Shown: piece after piece, positions 39,822-48,344 of the stretch | Layout: each line of letters opens with the position of its first letter | Position numbering within the stretch: position 1 is the stretch's first letter | Source of the DNA: a virus | DNA length: 64,000 nt | Strand: one strand, 5' to 3' | Virus record (IMG/VR): IMGVR_UViG_3300021962_000047 | Coordinates: 1 to 64,000 of that record | Notes under the pieces: model-generated | The model's input: only the letters and a program-made list of their open reading frames with translations | Told to the model about the DNA's origin: nothing | The model's database searches: none | Made by a program: the position numbers and the translations under genes

Positions 39822-40310
39822 TTAGTAAACCAAAATACATCTGTCAGGACGTAATGTAGCTGTGATTGTAGCCACACCGTCGTCCGAGTATCCTAACGAG
39901 TCAAAGTTCACGTCAGTTAAGAATGTACCCTGAAGAATCCATTTTTCAACCGCAACACCTGTTGGGTCTAACATCTCCAAGTTAATATTCTTTTTGTAAC
40001 CTGCTGCGTATCCCATACGACCAGTTACCGATTCAGCATGTAAACGAACCCACTCCATAAGAGCTTGAGCCGCTGAAGGACCAATTGGGTCACGGAAAGT
40101 TACGTTAATAGTATTCCAAGTAAAACGACCTGCAACATAAGTGGAGGTGTTTAAGAATGGAATTTCTGTTGGGTTAATAGAGATTTGTGGACGAGAAGTT
40201 GATTCTACGTACCAAGAGTTGATTCCCAAAGATGAGTCAAACGTTAAGATAAATCTATTCTTACGTTTTGGTTCATAAGGAATCGGCATTTTCATTAATA
40301 AATCAGCCAT
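39822..40310 (-). CDS. Tail tube protein (gp19-like)
   Basis: YEPKRKNRF, YVAGRFTWNTINVTFRD, ALMEW, YKKNINLEMLDPTG..VEKWILQG. Confidence 0.9.
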   Translation of the reverse strand: MADLLMKMPIPYEPKRKNRFILTFDSSLGINSWYVESTSRPQISINPTEIPFLNTSTYVAGRFTWNTINVTFRDPIGPSAAQALMEWVRLHAESVTGRMGYAAGYKKNINLEMLDPTGVAVEKWILQGTFLTDVNFDSLGYSDDGVATITATLRPDRCILVY

Positions 40311-40436
40311 TGTATTTTAGTTTTTTAGTTTCGTTTATTTTTTATATAAATAGTGTCCTTGTCGAAAATTTTTCTATTTACTTATTTTTTTAAAATCTGA
40401 TTATACATCCAGAACTAGAACTTAAATATAACTTAA

Positions 40437-41285
40437 TTATATCTCTAGTTTTTCTCCTCCTTTAGTTAAATAAGTTCTTACTGGTTTATCTGGATATTCC
40501 TGGTCTAGGAAACTTTTAATTTTCTCGATGTTTCTTGGGTCGTCGTCAGAAAATCCAATTTGTGGGACAAAATTATTTTTGACATCATTCTTGAAGAACG
40601 CTGTCTTTCCCAATCTCTGACTCATTTCCTTAACATAAGAAATAAATTCCCTTAACGCCTTTATCTTTCCTACCTCAGGGTTGGCAGCACTACCCTCACC
40701 ATAAGTTACAGGGTAAAACTTACACATATCTAAATATTCCATAATCATATCCTGAGGTTCAACACCCCCATCTTCAGACATATTTCTAAAACGAATAAGA
40801 TTATCGATACACTCTTTTTGTGAGATACCATTGTGGTTGGTGACAATATAATTGTAACACGCTTCTTTTAACGTGTCAGGATGGTGTCCTCTTGCTGTAA
40901 TGATAGAGAAGATAGAACCTCCGTTGATACACTCTACAAAATCATTCCACGATGGACCTGTCTTTGCAATCATTGAGTCAACGATGAACTGAGCGTCACC
41001 CTTTGTACCAAAATTTCTATATGGTTCAGGTGCGTATCCAATAACCGTCTTTCCTTTGTACTCGAATGGTTTAACACCGATTTCACCTCTATATTCGGCA
41101 AAATCTTCAGTAGACATACCAATCTCTTCGTCTTTATCTGTTAGTAGTATAATTTGTGTTGGCATAATACAAATGTTATCATCCCAATCAAAAGCATAGT
41201 ATTTTAAATCAGGATTTCCTTCTTCATCAAATCCTTCACGAAGCATTTTTTCTTCGTAAAACTCTTTAATAATTCTTTTAATCAT
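40437..41285 (-). CDS. HAD-superfamily phosphatase-like protein
   Basis: Motif I YAFDWDDNI, motif II IITARG, motif III Lys (GKIKAL), motif IV GFSDDD. Confidence 0.7.
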   Translation of the reverse strand: MIKRIIKEFYEEKMLREGFDEEGNPDLKYYAFDWDDNICIMPTQIILLTDKDEEIGMSTEDFAEYRGEIGVKPFEYKGKTVIGYAPEPYRNFGTKGDAQFIVDSMIAKTGPSWNDFVECINGGSIFSIITARGHHPDTLKEACYNYIVTNHNGISQKECIDNLIRFRNMSEDGGVEPQDMIMEYLDMCKFYPVTYGEGSAANPEVGKIKALREFISYVKEMSQRLGKTAFFKNDVKNNFVPQIGFSDDDPRNIEKIKSFLDQEYPDKPVRTYLTKGGEKLEI

Positions 41286-41428
41286 TATTTTTTCTTTGAG
41301 ACGTTTTTAATTAATCTCTCTAATTGAGCTTCAGTTAAAATCACATTCTGTGGTTTTTTAGAAAATGTTTTAACATTATTGTTCTCTACTTCTAATGATT
41401 CTCTGAGTGTCGATTTTTTGAATTCCAT
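41285..41428 (-). CDS. 47-aa protein
   Basis: Not in the track. MEFKKSTLRESLEVENNNVKTFSKKPQNVILTEAQLERLIKNVSKKK*, with an A-rich leader and TAATG coupling to the HAD gene. Confidence 0.7.
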   Translation of the reverse strand: MEFKKSTLRESLEVENNNVKTFSKKPQNVILTEAQLERLIKNVSKKK

Positions 41429-41450
41429 TTGTTTTTGTTTTTAAAGGGCT

Positions 41451-41474
41451 AAAAGGGGGGAATTAACCCCCCTT
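41451..41474 (-). terminator. Stem-loop/terminator after the tail sheath gene
   Basis: AAGGGGGG-TTAATT-CCCCCCTT followed by TT. Confidence 0.7.
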
Positions 41475-41493
41475 AATATTAAATATCAGTTAA

Positions 41494-44400
41494 TTAGATA
41501 TCTTCAAACGATGCTCCTGTTGGTGTAATCAAGAACTCGATGTCGATATATTCTAACGCTCTTGTTGGTTTCAAGTAAATTTTACCAACTAATTGGTTAG
41601 CGTCCATATCTTCAGGTGAAGAACTTACTGTTACACGGAAGTCAATCAAACCTCTATCTCTTCTGATAGAATCTAAGATTGGGTTAACCGAGTCTAAGAA
41701 ATCTTGTCTTACCTGTTCGTCGTTTTGTTCGAACAACAATCTGATAGCCACAGCTGAAATCAACTTACGAGCTTGTAATAACAATCTTCTTACGTTAATT
41801 CTGTCAAGAGCTGACTGTCTAATTTGAAGAGTTTTGTTACCCCAAATTACTGTACCAACATCAGAGAATGTTGCGATTGGGTTCAATCTTCCTTCATATA
41901 GAGTATCTCTATCTTCTTGTGTTAACTTCTTACGAGCTTTAACTGCATTTACGATACCTCTTGTGTAACCCGCAGTTGCGAACCATGGGAATGCGATGTT
42001 ATCTGTCAATGCGATGTTTCTTACAACTTCAGATGTTGGTGGAATGTAGATTTGTGTGTTGTTAACACTATCTCTTACCAAAATCCATGGGTAATAAGTA
42101 GCTGTATAGTTTGAATCGATACCTGTTTCTTCTAAGTTGTCAACTGCCTCTTGTGGGTAGATAAAATCACCTTGGAAGTTAGCGGTATTTGCTACATACA
42201 TGTTGTAGTCAGGTGTTGTACAGAAGTAGATTGAATCTGCTCTTTCTGTTTCAATCATATTGATTGCTGACTCAACTAAGTTAGAGTTGTTTACATAGTC
42301 AATACCAGGTGTTACAAATACGTTGATGTTAACAGCTTCAGGGTTAGAATATGTATCTTGACCTAACAAGTATGCGTAGTAGTCAGAGTTTGCCCAGTTT
42401 ACTGAGTCATCACCGACTGTGATTTGTTTGAACTGACCCCATCCTGTTGCAGTTGGGTAAGAAATTGAAGGAGCTGCTCCTTTCAAATATCCTGAACCAC
42501 CTAATCTGAATGTGTCTTGGTTACTTCTCCACTCTCTGTAGATATCCCAACCGTCAAAACCACCAGAAGCTAAGATAGTGAACTTTCTTGCGTATGTTCT
42601 GTAGTATGGGTTAGACTGGTCTGTTGGGTCTGTTTGGAATGAAGCGTCACCACAATCAAATGCCTGTGTTCCGTCTGTAATGTAACCACCTGTAATTAAT
42701 ACAACTGTTGCTCCTGAGTCCATGTGGAAACCTTTAGAAAGGTAAGCCCAAGGTTCAGACGTTGTTGCAGTTGCTAAATTAGTTGGGTTTTGTTTTCCTT
42801 TATATGCAAAGTAATCAAAATCGATACCAACTGTATTAGAGAAACCTAAGTAAGTTCTTCTTACTTGGTCACCAGCTGCTAAAGAAGCGTTTGGTCCACC
42901 CGCCGCGTTACCGAATGGTGGGTTGTAAATTACTTGACCAGGAATGTAGTATTCTGTTTTGTAGATTGGGAAAGGTGATTTAGCACCTGAGTATTCTCTG
43001 TAAACGTAACCTTCAAATCCACAAGGTAATGCATCTACAGGAGCTTGTTCTTCCATCTCCACCATAATGAATCTTGAATTCAATGCAAATTCACCATTTG
43101 CTGTACCCACTTTCTTAGCAACATATCCATTTTCAGTTGGGTCCATAGTACAGTTAGTGAATTTTTCAAGAACTACTGGGTTAGAGTCAGTATCGTAGAA
43201 ATCTCTCACAATAATATCAAAGGTATTATTACCAAATGACATATTAGCCAACGAAATCTTAACCAATTGGTTAGCTGCGTTACCATCAGATATTAAGATA
43301 AACTTAAATAATCTATATACGGTATTACCACGTAATTCAGAAACTACATATGGTGTTGATGGTGTTTGATATTGTTCTAAGTACCAACCAATAGATGTGT
43401 TAGTACCAGCATCATTTCTAGCTGAAGGTAAAGAAATTAAATCACAATTTAAACCTCTAATATAACCTTTTCTATATGCCCAAGTTAATAATGAATATAA
43501 ACCTTCTTCTAAGAAAATAGGTACATCAGTTCTTGGTTTACTAAAGTTAGATACTCCAAATACTTTAGGTAAGAAATTAGTATCACTTACTGTGAATGAA
43601 GTTTGGAATGAGAATGTAGCACCCGCAGATGTTACACCTGAAATTGCAAATGGTGCAAATGGGTTTTTCTGTACATTTGCATAAGTACCTGAACAATCCA
43701 TAATTACATCAGTTAATCCCGTAACTGAATAAACTGGACCTCCATCTGTATTTGAATTGAGACCACGAGAACGGAAAGTCGCTACGACAACATCATTATA
43801 TTCCGTATAAGCGGTACCAACCCAGTTTAATACTGTACCTGAAATTGTTCCTGTAAATTCACCTGGTGTTCCCTCGATAAAGTCACTACCCATAACAGCG
43901 TTGAATGAAATACCTTGGTAGTTATCTCCCGCAGTAGGTTCAAACGCACCGTAGTACCAAACATCCATTGTGTCTGCAGTGTAGTTAGCTGTTGATTCAG
44001 TTAACCCACTAACTTGTAAATTATTAGTTACATCCGTAAAACCAGCACCTATGTAAGCGTTATATGTAGCATCTTCCAACACACCCCAAATACCCTGTGT
44101 TGTTGCAGACAATGTATTGGTTTGGATAATTGAATAAATCATCTCCTCAATTTGGTCCTGCATTGTTGTTGTACTACCATTATATAATGTAATAGTATCG
44201 TTAATGTAGGTAGTTAACGGTGATGGGAATGCACTTGTAAATACAATCGATGATGAATTACCTGCAGTACCTGTAAAGGTTACAGACCAAGTTGCGTCGG
44301 TTGTTGGTGCTAATGTTGATGGATTAAGGTTAGCTTGTGTTGTAATAGACCAAGATGGTCCCGCATCGTAACCTGACAATCCTAATACTCTTGTAACAAA

Positions 44401-44673
44401 CAATTGGTTAGATTGTTGTAAATAAGATTTTGCGATGTAAGCCGCTTCGTATTTTGGGATTTGTGTGTTTACGAATTTTTGCGGACTTGTACCCCCAAAG
44501 TATGAAACAAACTCATCATAATTACTGATGAAGATAGGTTCAAATGCAGGTCCTGTGAAAGTTTCACCTACAATACCTAATGTTGTTACACCGACACTTT
44601 GAGCTACAAAACTTAAATCTCTTTCTGAGGTGTAGACACCTGGAGAAACGAAAACTTTGTTTGATGTTGCCAT
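41494..44673 (-). CDS. Contractile tail sheath protein (gp18-like)
   Basis: FVSPGVYTSERD, GGFDGWD, YYPWI, PWFATAGYTRG, NPIATF...WGNKTL, RINVRRLL, LLFEQND. Confidence 0.95.
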   Translation of the reverse strand: MATSNKVFVSPGVYTSERDLSFVAQSVGVTTLGIVGETFTGPAFEPIFISNYDEFVSYFGGTSPQKFVNTQIPKYEAAYIAKSYLQQSNQLFVTRVLGLSGYDAGPSWSITTQANLNPSTLAPTTDATWSVTFTGTAGNSSSIVFTSAFPSPLTTYINDTITLYNGSTTTMQDQIEEMIYSIIQTNTLSATTQGIWGVLEDATYNAYIGAGFTDVTNNLQVSGLTESTANYTADTMDVWYYGAFEPTAGDNYQGISFNAVMGSDFIEGTPGEFTGTISGTVLNWVGTAYTEYNDVVVATFRSRGLNSNTDGGPVYSVTGLTDVIMDCSGTYANVQKNPFAPFAISGVTSAGATFSFQTSFTVSDTNFLPKVFGVSNFSKPRTDVPIFLEEGLYSLLTWAYRKGYIRGLNCDLISLPSARNDAGTNTSIGWYLEQYQTPSTPYVVSELRGNTVYRLFKFILISDGNAANQLVKISLANMSFGNNTFDIIVRDFYDTDSNPVVLEKFTNCTMDPTENGYVAKKVGTANGEFALNSRFIMVEMEEQAPVDALPCGFEGYVYREYSGAKSPFPIYKTEYYIPGQVIYNPPFGNAAGGPNASLAAGDQVRRTYLGFSNTVGIDFDYFAYKGKQNPTNLATATTSEPWAYLSKGFHMDSGATVVLITGGYITDGTQAFDCGDASFQTDPTDQSNPYYRTYARKFTILASGGFDGWDIYREWRSNQDTFRLGGSGYLKGAAPSISYPTATGWGQFKQITVGDDSVNWANSDYYAYLLGQDTYSNPEAVNINVFVTPGIDYVNNSNLVESAINMIETERADSIYFCTTPDYNMYVANTANFQGDFIYPQEAVDNLEETGIDSNYTATYYPWILVRDSVNNTQIYIPPTSEVVRNIALTDNIAFPWFATAGYTRGIVNAVKARKKLTQEDRDTLYEGRLNPIATFSDVGTVIWGNKTLQIRQSALDRINVRRLLLQARKLISAVAIRLLFEQNDEQVRQDFLDSVNPILDSIRRDRGLIDFRVTVSSSPEDMDANQLVGKIYLKPTRALEYIDIEFLITPTGASFEDI

Positions 44674-44796
44674 TTTTTTATTTGTTAGTAAATTTATTTT
44701 TATAGATAAATATTCATAAAAATTACAAAATACCTATACTCCAGATATATATTTGTTAATGAGTATGTATTTTTTCTGCCTTTTTTCTACCTACCT

Positions 44797-44946
44797 ATGA
44801 AAGAAATTAAAAACTTAAAAATATCAGTTGAAACACATAGTATCCTTAAATCATACTGTGATAGACGAGGATTGAAGATGTATAAGTTTCTTGAGAAATT
44901 AATTGAAGATACTTGTACCGAAAAAAAAGATATATACGGGGAATAA
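44797..44946 (+). CDS. Small ribbon-helix-helix-like DNA-binding protein
   Basis: Not in the track. MKEIKNLKISVETHSILKSYCDRRGLKMYKFLEKLIEDTCTEKKDIYGE* has the strand / helix / G / helix pattern. Confidence 0.7.
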   Translation: MKEIKNLKISVETHSILKSYCDRRGLKMYKFLEKLIEDTCTEKKDIYGE

Positions 44947-45984
44947 TTAGATTAGGGTTGCCGTTGTAAAAATTGTAGCATCCTTTAAATTGTCAATCTT
45001 TACCACATCTATTTTTAGAATATCATTTGTCGATATTTGTATTAGTCCGACATCATCCCCAATATAATTGTCATTTATATATACAGAATAACTGTCAACG
45101 TTTTCACTATCACCAACATTAATATCTGCGGTGTAATTAAATAATTCACTAATTGTTGTTACCGAATTTAAAAATTGTATATTCAATTCAAATTGATTAC
45201 TCGGTGGCCACATTTCAGCTTTTCTAGCCTTTGTTTTAGTATCAACCTCAAACATTGTAAGTGTTCTTGAAATTGCAGGTGTTACTTCAAATTCTTCTTC
45301 ATCAATCAAAAATCCCATCATTAAGAATTCATAGTTTTGAATGTAGTATTTTCTTTTATCAACATCTAAAACCGATTCATCAGATATATTATTTAATATA
45401 ATTGGAACATAGTGTCCTTTAACAAAAGTATATGCCTGTCGAGATGTGAATTTTTGTAAAACAATTTTGTTAAACTGATTTAACTCTCTCATTCTATTAC
45501 AAACAATCTTTACGTTATATGTGATATCAACAGGAACTGGTTGTGGAATTTTATAAATGTCCATTCCTTTTCTTTGTCCATCCCATGTTGGAACTTTGGC
45601 ATAATAAAATTGCTTTCTATTTGGTATGGTATATTGTAATGATGGTGTTGTACCATATTTAACTTCAGGTTGTCTAACCGTAGTGATAAACGGAGGAACT
45701 GGATTACCGTTTAAATCTTCAAACTTCCAAGTTTGTGTAAATTGAGCCCAGTTCTGTGTGGTAATAATTAAATCAATTGGTGGTACGGTTTTACCGTCAA
45801 CAATTAATGTGATATCATCTTTAACAAAGTCCAACATACCTCTATCCAAATCTGCATGTAAAACAGATTTAGGAAGATAAGTTCCGTCTTCATTGATGTA
45901 CTCAAGAAGCTGTTCTCTCCTCTCCCACCCAGTTTTAGGTGGAACCAATTGTAATGTCTTTTTAACTTTTTTAGGAAATGCCAT
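44947..45984 (-). CDS. Tail terminator / tail completion protein (gp15-like)
   Basis: 345 aa. PPFITTVR...IPQPVPVDITYNVKI...ELNQFN; next to neck and sheath genes. Confidence 0.6.
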   Translation of the reverse strand: MAFPKKVKKTLQLVPPKTGWERREQLLEYINEDGTYLPKSVLHADLDRGMLDFVKDDITLIVDGKTVPPIDLIITTQNWAQFTQTWKFEDLNGNPVPPFITTVRQPEVKYGTTPSLQYTIPNRKQFYYAKVPTWDGQRKGMDIYKIPQPVPVDITYNVKIVCNRMRELNQFNKIVLQKFTSRQAYTFVKGHYVPIILNNISDESVLDVDKRKYYIQNYEFLMMGFLIDEEEFEVTPAISRTLTMFEVDTKTKARKAEMWPPSNQFELNIQFLNSVTTISELFNYTADINVGDSENVDSYSVYINDNYIGDDVGLIQISTNDILKIDVVKIDNLKDATIFTTATLI

Positions 45985-46496
45985 TATAATCCTCTGAATT
46001 CATCTGTTGTTACAGGAGTTGCGGTATATGAATAATAGAAACTCTTATAACCACCATAAGTGTGTTTATTGTCATAGTCAGGTGTTGCAGCATCTATAAC
46101 AGAATAGTAACGTATTTCATCCTCGGTAATTTGGTAACCGATGTAGTCACCCAGTTTAATTTCAATTTTTAATTCTTCTAATTCTTTGTGGTAAACCGCA
46201 AATTCTATATTACCTGGTTCGTTTTGTAGAATACGAGAATTACCAATTGATTGTCTTGTTGGTTCTAAAATTCTAACAAAAGCATTAAACTCAACGGGAG
46301 CTTTAAATTGAACCCCGTCAGAGGTAACTTCACCATAGACATCATCTTTGATTGTTCTTTGTTGGTCAACAGAATATAATACCATAGTAAAGTTCATGTC
46401 TCCATTGAGCCATTCTCTTCCCATCTCAATATCGAGATTATAATCCTCCTCGGCGAAGAACTTATTTAAACGTGTAATTGGTACTCTACGTGTCAT
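45984..46496 (-). CDS. Head closure / neck protein (gp14-like)
   Basis: 170 aa. DDVYGE...F..PVE...LEELKIEIKLGDYI...YYSV. Confidence 0.65.
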   Translation of the reverse strand: MTRRVPITRLNKFFAEEDYNLDIEMGREWLNGDMNFTMVLYSVDQQRTIKDDVYGEVTSDGVQFKAPVEFNAFVRILEPTRQSIGNSRILQNEPGNIEFAVYHKELEELKIEIKLGDYIGYQITEDEIRYYSVIDAATPDYDNKHTYGGYKSFYYSYTATPVTTDEFRGL

Positions 46497-46498
46497 CC

Positions 46499-46527
46499 TT
46501 GATAAATATTACAAAAATGATTATCTT
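46499..46527 (+). promoter_or_regulatory. Candidate sigma70-like promoter for the SNF2 gene
   Basis: TTGATA-N17-TATCTT ending 17 nt before the ATG at 46545. Confidence 0.4.
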
Positions 46528-46544
46528 TTACTATATTTTATTGG

Positions 46545-48302
46545 ATGGAACAAAATAATCTTGTAAATAATATCCCTGAGATTCGTGCTCAACGTATATT
46601 GGATGTATACGATGGGTACAATAACTATATTCTGTCCATTAAGAAAAAGTCCGAAACACAAAAACATTTTAAGATGACTCGGGCTCAAGCCGACTACATT
46701 TTAGATTTTCATAAGGATGTTCCAAAGATTGCAAGAAAGTGGGTTCCATTAGATGGATACTTCTCAAAAAGAATGATGGAAGACAAATTATTAACCAAAC
46801 AACCCGAACAAATTTATGTTGAGAAGATTTTGGTTGAAAAAGATAAGTCGTACCACATTTATGGGAAATTGTTTGAAAATGAACAACTACACGACTTTTG
46901 GTTACCAAAAGCAGCCATCGTCCCAAATAGAACAAGAAAGGTTGAAATTGATTATGAAAAGTATTCTCATAGACCTCCGTTATCACACCAAAAAGAAGCA
47001 ATTGAAAAATTAGTGGGAAGTGATAAGTTTATCCTTGCCGATGATATGGGTCTTGGAAAGACAACATCAACCGTAATTGCGGCATTAGAAGCCGGTGCTA
47101 AAAAAGTTTTAATCGTATGTCCAGCATCATTAAAGTTAAACTGGCAAAGAGAAATACAAAACTATACAGACCGACCAACATTTGTTGTGGAAGGTAAGAA
47201 ATGGGAACCCGCAGATTTCACAATCATCAACTACGACATCCTTAAGAATTTCCATGAACCAAAAGAGCCAAAGACATCTGATGTTTTAAATGCAGGATTT
47301 GATTTAGTGGTGGTGGATGAAGCTCACTACATTCAAAACAAACAAGCTCAAAGAACAAAGATTGTTAATGACATTTGCAAAAAGATTGGAAAGGTTTGGT
47401 TATTAACAGGAACCCCAATGACATCACGTCCGATGAACTACTTTAATCTATTGGATTTGGTGGACTCACCAGTCGCATACAATTGGATGGCATATGTAAT
47501 GAGATATTGTGAAGGATATCAATTCAGAGTAGGAAATAGAAAAGTGTGGAATGTGACTGGAGCATCCAACTTAGAAGAATTAAGGGACAGAACAAAACCT
47601 CAAGTATTAAGAAGATTAAAAGAAGAGATTTTAGATTTACCTGAAAAAATTATTACACCTGTTTACCTTCACCTTAAATCAAAAGATTATGAAGGTTTAA
47701 TGGGTGAATATTATAATTGGTATGACAATTCAACCGAGTCGTCATCACTAACCGTTCAATTCTCAAAACTGATGAAAGTTAGAATGGTAATGGCTCAAGA
47801 GAAGGTTAAACACACAATTGAACTTGCAGAAAACATTGTAGAACAAGGAAAGAAAGTTATCATTTTCACCAACTTTACCGACACTCTAAACCAAATCAAA
47901 GACCATTTTGGAAAGTCGGCAGTGGCTTTAGATGGTAGTATGAGCAAAGTAGCAAGACAAAATTCCGTGGACCAATTCCAAGAAAATGACAATATTAAAG
48001 TTTTTGTGGGAAACCTTAAAGCCGCAGGTGTTGGTATCACCTTAACCGCAGCCGAAGCCGCCATAATGAACGACCTGTCTTTCGTTCCATCAGACCACGC
48101 ACAAGCAGAAGACAGAGCATATAGATACGGACAAAAATCAAACGTATCTATTTTTTACCCCCTATTCGATAACACAATCGAGGGGATTATCTATGATATA
48201 TTGACTAAAAAGAAACATATTTTCGAAACCGTTATGGGTGACAACGAAGATAAAGGAACCGTGATGGAAGAAATTTTAAACTCAATATCTCGCTTAAGGT
48301 AA
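46545..48302 (+). CDS. SNF2-family (HARP/SMARCAL1-like) helicase
   Basis: LADDMGLGKT, VCPASL, DEAH, LTGTP, GVGITL, QAEDRAYRYGQ. Confidence 0.92.
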   Translation: MEQNNLVNNIPEIRAQRILDVYDGYNNYILSIKKKSETQKHFKMTRAQADYILDFHKDVPKIARKWVPLDGYFSKRMMEDKLLTKQPEQIYVEKILVEKDKSYHIYGKLFENEQLHDFWLPKAAIVPNRTRKVEIDYEKYSHRPPLSHQKEAIEKLVGSDKFILADDMGLGKTTSTVIAALEAGAKKVLIVCPASLKLNWQREIQNYTDRPTFVVEGKKWEPADFTIINYDILKNFHEPKEPKTSDVLNAGFDLVVVDEAHYIQNKQAQRTKIVNDICKKIGKVWLLTGTPMTSRPMNYFNLLDLVDSPVAYNWMAYVMRYCEGYQFRVGNRKVWNVTGASNLEELRDRTKPQVLRRLKEEILDLPEKIITPVYLHLKSKDYEGLMGEYYNWYDNSTESSSLTVQFSKLMKVRMVMAQEKVKHTIELAENIVEQGKKVIIFTNFTDTLNQIKDHFGKSAVALDGSMSKVARQNSVDQFQENDNIKVFVGNLKAAGVGITLTAAEAAIMNDLSFVPSDHAQAEDRAYRYGQKSNVSIFYPLFDNTIEGIIYDILTKKKHIFETVMGDNEDKGTVMEEILNSISRLR

Positions 48303-48344
48303 TGACATTTGTCATAACCTGATTATTTATTATAAAAACATACG

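Noticed and set aside
13820-44673. Bacterial eCIS/T6SS/tailocin locus or eukaryotic giant virus
   Set aside because: Neck proteins plus a phage-type replisome alongside sheath, tube and baseplate indicate a tailed phage. No host housekeeping or NCLDV core genes were seen.
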